A DNA stretch of 61,852 bases. Source: Candidatus Eiseniibacteriota bacterium. GTDB lineage: Bacteria; Eisenbacteria; RBG-16-71-46; CAIMUX01; VGJL01. Where the stretch lies: the NCBI GenBank assembly GCA_041946735.1, contig JBHGAY010000030.1:1-61852 (forward strand). Direction: 5' to 3'. Of the stretch, positions 59,572-61,852 are shown piece after piece (position 1 is the first letter of the stretch; each line of letters starts with the position of its first letter). The notes under the pieces are model-generated. The model was not told the DNA's origin, searched no databases, and saw only the letters and a list, made by a program, of their open reading frames with translations. The translations under genes were made by a program, and so were the position numbers.

Positions 59572-61016
59572 GACGACCTCCCCGCCGGCGCGGTTCGTGC
59601 CCGCGCCTCGCCACCTCGACCGCCCGCCTGCGCCTGCCCGCCGCCCTGCTGCTCCGGCTCCCGCTCCTGCTCCTGCTCCCGTTCCCGTGCCTGCTCCCGT
59701 TCCCCTGCCTGCTGTCGTTCCCGTGCCTGCTCCCGTGCATGCAGCCCCTCGCCGCCGCGCGCGTCGCCGCCCTCGTGAAGCTCCACGAAGAGCCGATGCA
59801 GGCGATCCATGGCCGGTCCCCTCCCGTACTCCGCGCGAGCCTTCTCGATCGCCGCGCTCCCCAGCCGCCGGCGCAGCTCCGGATCGGCGGCGAGCGTCTC
59901 GATCGCGGCGGCCAGCGCCGTCGCGTCGCCGGGCGGCACCAGCAGGCCGGTCCTTTCGTGCTCGATCGCCTCGGGGATCGAGACGACCCGCGATCCGACG
60001 ACGGCAAGCCCGCTCGCCATCGCCTCGAGCACGACGTTCGGCAGTCCGTCGCGGCTCCCCTTCGGCCCGATCACGCTGGGCATGACGAAGAGGTCGGCCG
60101 CGGCATAGAGGTCCGGGAGGGCAGGATGGTCGACGTGCCCGAGGAAGTCGACCCTGCCGCCGATCCCCGACTCGCGCGCCCGCCGCTCCAGGGCCTGACG
60201 CGCGCCGCCGTCCCCCGCGATCGTGCAGCGAAACGGCGTCCCGTGCTGCTCGAGAAGCGTGCAGGCGTCGAGCAGGACGTCGAACCCCTTCGCCGCGGAC
60301 AGGCGGCCGACCGCGAGGATCGCGAGCGGCGAACCGCTGCTGCCCCGAGACAGGTGCGATCCCGTTCGCGGCGCGAAGCGCTCCACATCGACTCCATGCG
60401 TGAGCAGGAAAACCTTCGCGAGGATCTCCGGACCGGCGAGGCTCGCGAACGTTTCGAGGTTCGCCCGGTTGCACGTCAGGACGAGGCGCGCCGACCGCAG
60501 GCGCGATCGCAGCGCCGCCGGCGTCTGATGGTTGCGGTTGTAGATGTCGCCCCCGGCGTGCGCCCAGGTCGTGTATGGGATGCCGGAGGCGACCGACATC
60601 GCCTCGGCCCCGAGCGCCGGCAGGCTGGCCCAGTAGGCGTGCAGGAGCGTGATCTTTCGCCGCCGGGCGACAGAGCCGAAGTGGAGGGCCTTCGGCAGAA
60701 TCCCGAGCGACTTGACGAGGATGCGGGGAGAGCCGGCCGCATCATGAACGACTCGCCCGAAGAGCCGCGCGACCGCGGCCGGATGGCGCAGGCCAGCAGC
60801 CGCGCAGTCGGCGAGAAGCCGGCCGGAAAGCAGGTAGCCGCTGCGGTGCACGGGGAATCGCGCCGCGATCCGCCGCGCCTCGTCCGTCAGCGCCGGCTTG
60901 CCCCGCAGGACGAACAGCTCGATCTCCACGCCGCGCGCGCGCATCTCGTCCAGCTCCGCGTTGGGGAACATGCCCGCGATCTGCGGAACCTCGGTGAAGA
61001 CGTAGCCGATCTTCAC
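59568..61016 (-). CDS. Glycosyltransferase family 4 (WcaL-like) with a repetitive C-terminal tail
   Basis: VGRLSAAKG, DGLPNVVLEAMASG; tail of REQARE-type 18-bp repeats. Confidence 0.9.
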   Translation of the reverse strand: MKIGYVFTEVPQIAGMFPNAELDEMRARGVEIELFVLRGKPALTDEARRIAARFPVHRSGYLLSGRLLADCAAAGLRHPAAVARLFGRVVHDAAGSPRILVKSLGILPKALHFGSVARRRKITLLHAYWASLPALGAEAMSVASGIPYTTWAHAGGDIYNRNHQTPAALRSRLRSARLVLTCNRANLETFASLAGPEILAKVFLLTHGVDVERFAPRTGSHLSRGSSGSPLAILAVGRLSAAKGFDVLLDACTLLEQHGTPFRCTIAGDGGARQALERRARESGIGGRVDFLGHVDHPALPDLYAAADLFVMPSVIGPKGSRDGLPNVVLEAMASGLAVVGSRVVSIPEAIEHERTGLLVPPGDATALAAAIETLAADPELRRRLGSAAIEKARAEYGRGPAMDRLHRLFVELHEGGDARGGEGLHAREQARERQQAGEREQAREREQEQEREPEQQGGGQAQAGGRGGEARARTAPAGRSS

Positions 61017-61852
61017 GCCCGCCCCTCGAGGCGCCCGCTCGGCCGCAGCTCGGCCACGCGCGTGCCGGTCGCCTCCAGGATCGCGTCGAGGAGCGACGCG
61101 AAGTGCGCGTCGCGGTCGAACTCGGCCACCGCCATCCGGCGCGCGTTATGCCGCATCGCGGCCAGCCGCGCCGGATCCGCTGCGAGCGACTCGATCGCCG
61201 AGGCGAACTCGGCCGGATCGTCGGTCTCCTCGGCGACCCCCGCCTCGTAGCGCCGCAGGAGTTCCGCCTTCCAGCCGCCGTAGTTCATCAGGCACGGGAG
61301 CCCGGCCGCAGCGTAGTCGAAGAACTTGTTCGCGGAGTTCATCTCGAGGATCGGAATTCTCTTAATGATCATCAAGCCGAGGTCCGCGGCGGCGAGCCAC
61401 TCCGGCATCTGGGACTTCGGCACCGGATCGTGAAAATGGAGGTTCGTGAGAGCCGCCTCGCGTGCCCGCGCCTCGAGCCTGACACGCTGCCCGCCATCGC
61501 CGACGAGGTAGAGCATGGCGCGCGGCAGGGTCGCTTGCAGCCGCTGGCATACCGGAATCAGGCAATCGAGCCCGTTGACGATCCCCATGGCGCCGGTGTG
61601 GACGATCAGGAACGCGTCGGGCGCGAGCCCGAGACGCTCGCGGAGCCGGGAGCCATCCACGTCGGGGCGAAAGAGATCGAGATCGGAGCCGTTGGGAATC
61701 ACGAGGACGCGATCGGGCGGGATCCCGTAGCGAAGGATGCCGTCGCGCATTCCCGACGAGAGGGCGATGATGCGCGCGCTCGCTCGATAGGTCGTCCGCG
61801 CGAGGCCGCGCGCGAGACCGAGGAGGAGCCGGCTCCGCAGGATCCCCATACC
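61013..61852 (-). CDS. Glycosyltransferase family 4 (WbuB-like), 5' end outside the window
   Basis: IPNG, HTGAMGIVNGL, VGDG, NKFFDYAAAG. Confidence 0.88.
   Translation of the reverse strand, partial: GMGILRSRLLLGLARGLARTTYRASARIIALSSGMRDGILRYGIPPDRVLVIPNGSDLDLFRPDVDGSRLRERLGLAPDAFLIVHTGAMGIVNGLDCLIPVCQRLQATLPRAMLYLVGDGGQRVRLEARAREAALTNLHFHDPVPKSQMPEWLAAADLGLMIIKRIPILEMNSANKFFDYAAAGLPCLMNYGGWKAELLRRYEAGVAEETDDPAEFASAIESLAADPARLAAMRHNARRMAVAEFDRDAHFASLLDAILEATGTRVAELRPSGRLEGRA

Overview
A very GC-rich (roughly 70%) bacterial chromosomal window with no mobile element, rRNA, tRNA or CRISPR that I can support. The FlgD/T9SS-type C-terminal sorting domains and a PorV/PorQ-like gene suggest an FCB-superphylum organism such as Ca. 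Eisenbacteria (inference). It carries mostly housekeeping and envelope genes: a TMTC-like TPR protein, two Hsp20, metE, LOG-thiD-thiE-thiL, several peptidases, thyX, two D-Ala-D-Ala carboxypeptidases, a large FN3-repeat surface protein, nhaR, an antiporter, a HerA/DUF87-like ATPase and the distal part of a polysaccharide biosynthesis cluster. Two things are hidden by the ORF track. (1) Three genes are split by an in-frame TGA lying exactly at the first position of a thioredoxin-type CxxC motif (UxxC), each followed by a bacterial SECIS-like hairpin. These are two tandem secreted Omp28-like/FlgD-tail paralogs (<1-1922 and 2113-4146) and a lipoprotein (32784-33362) resembling the N-terminal domain of animal selenoprotein P, so probably three exported selenoproteins. 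(2) A non-coding array of about 13 degenerate 16-bp palindromes phased at 42-43 bp (6440-6969) lies upstream of an uncharacterised all-helical protein (7299-8114).
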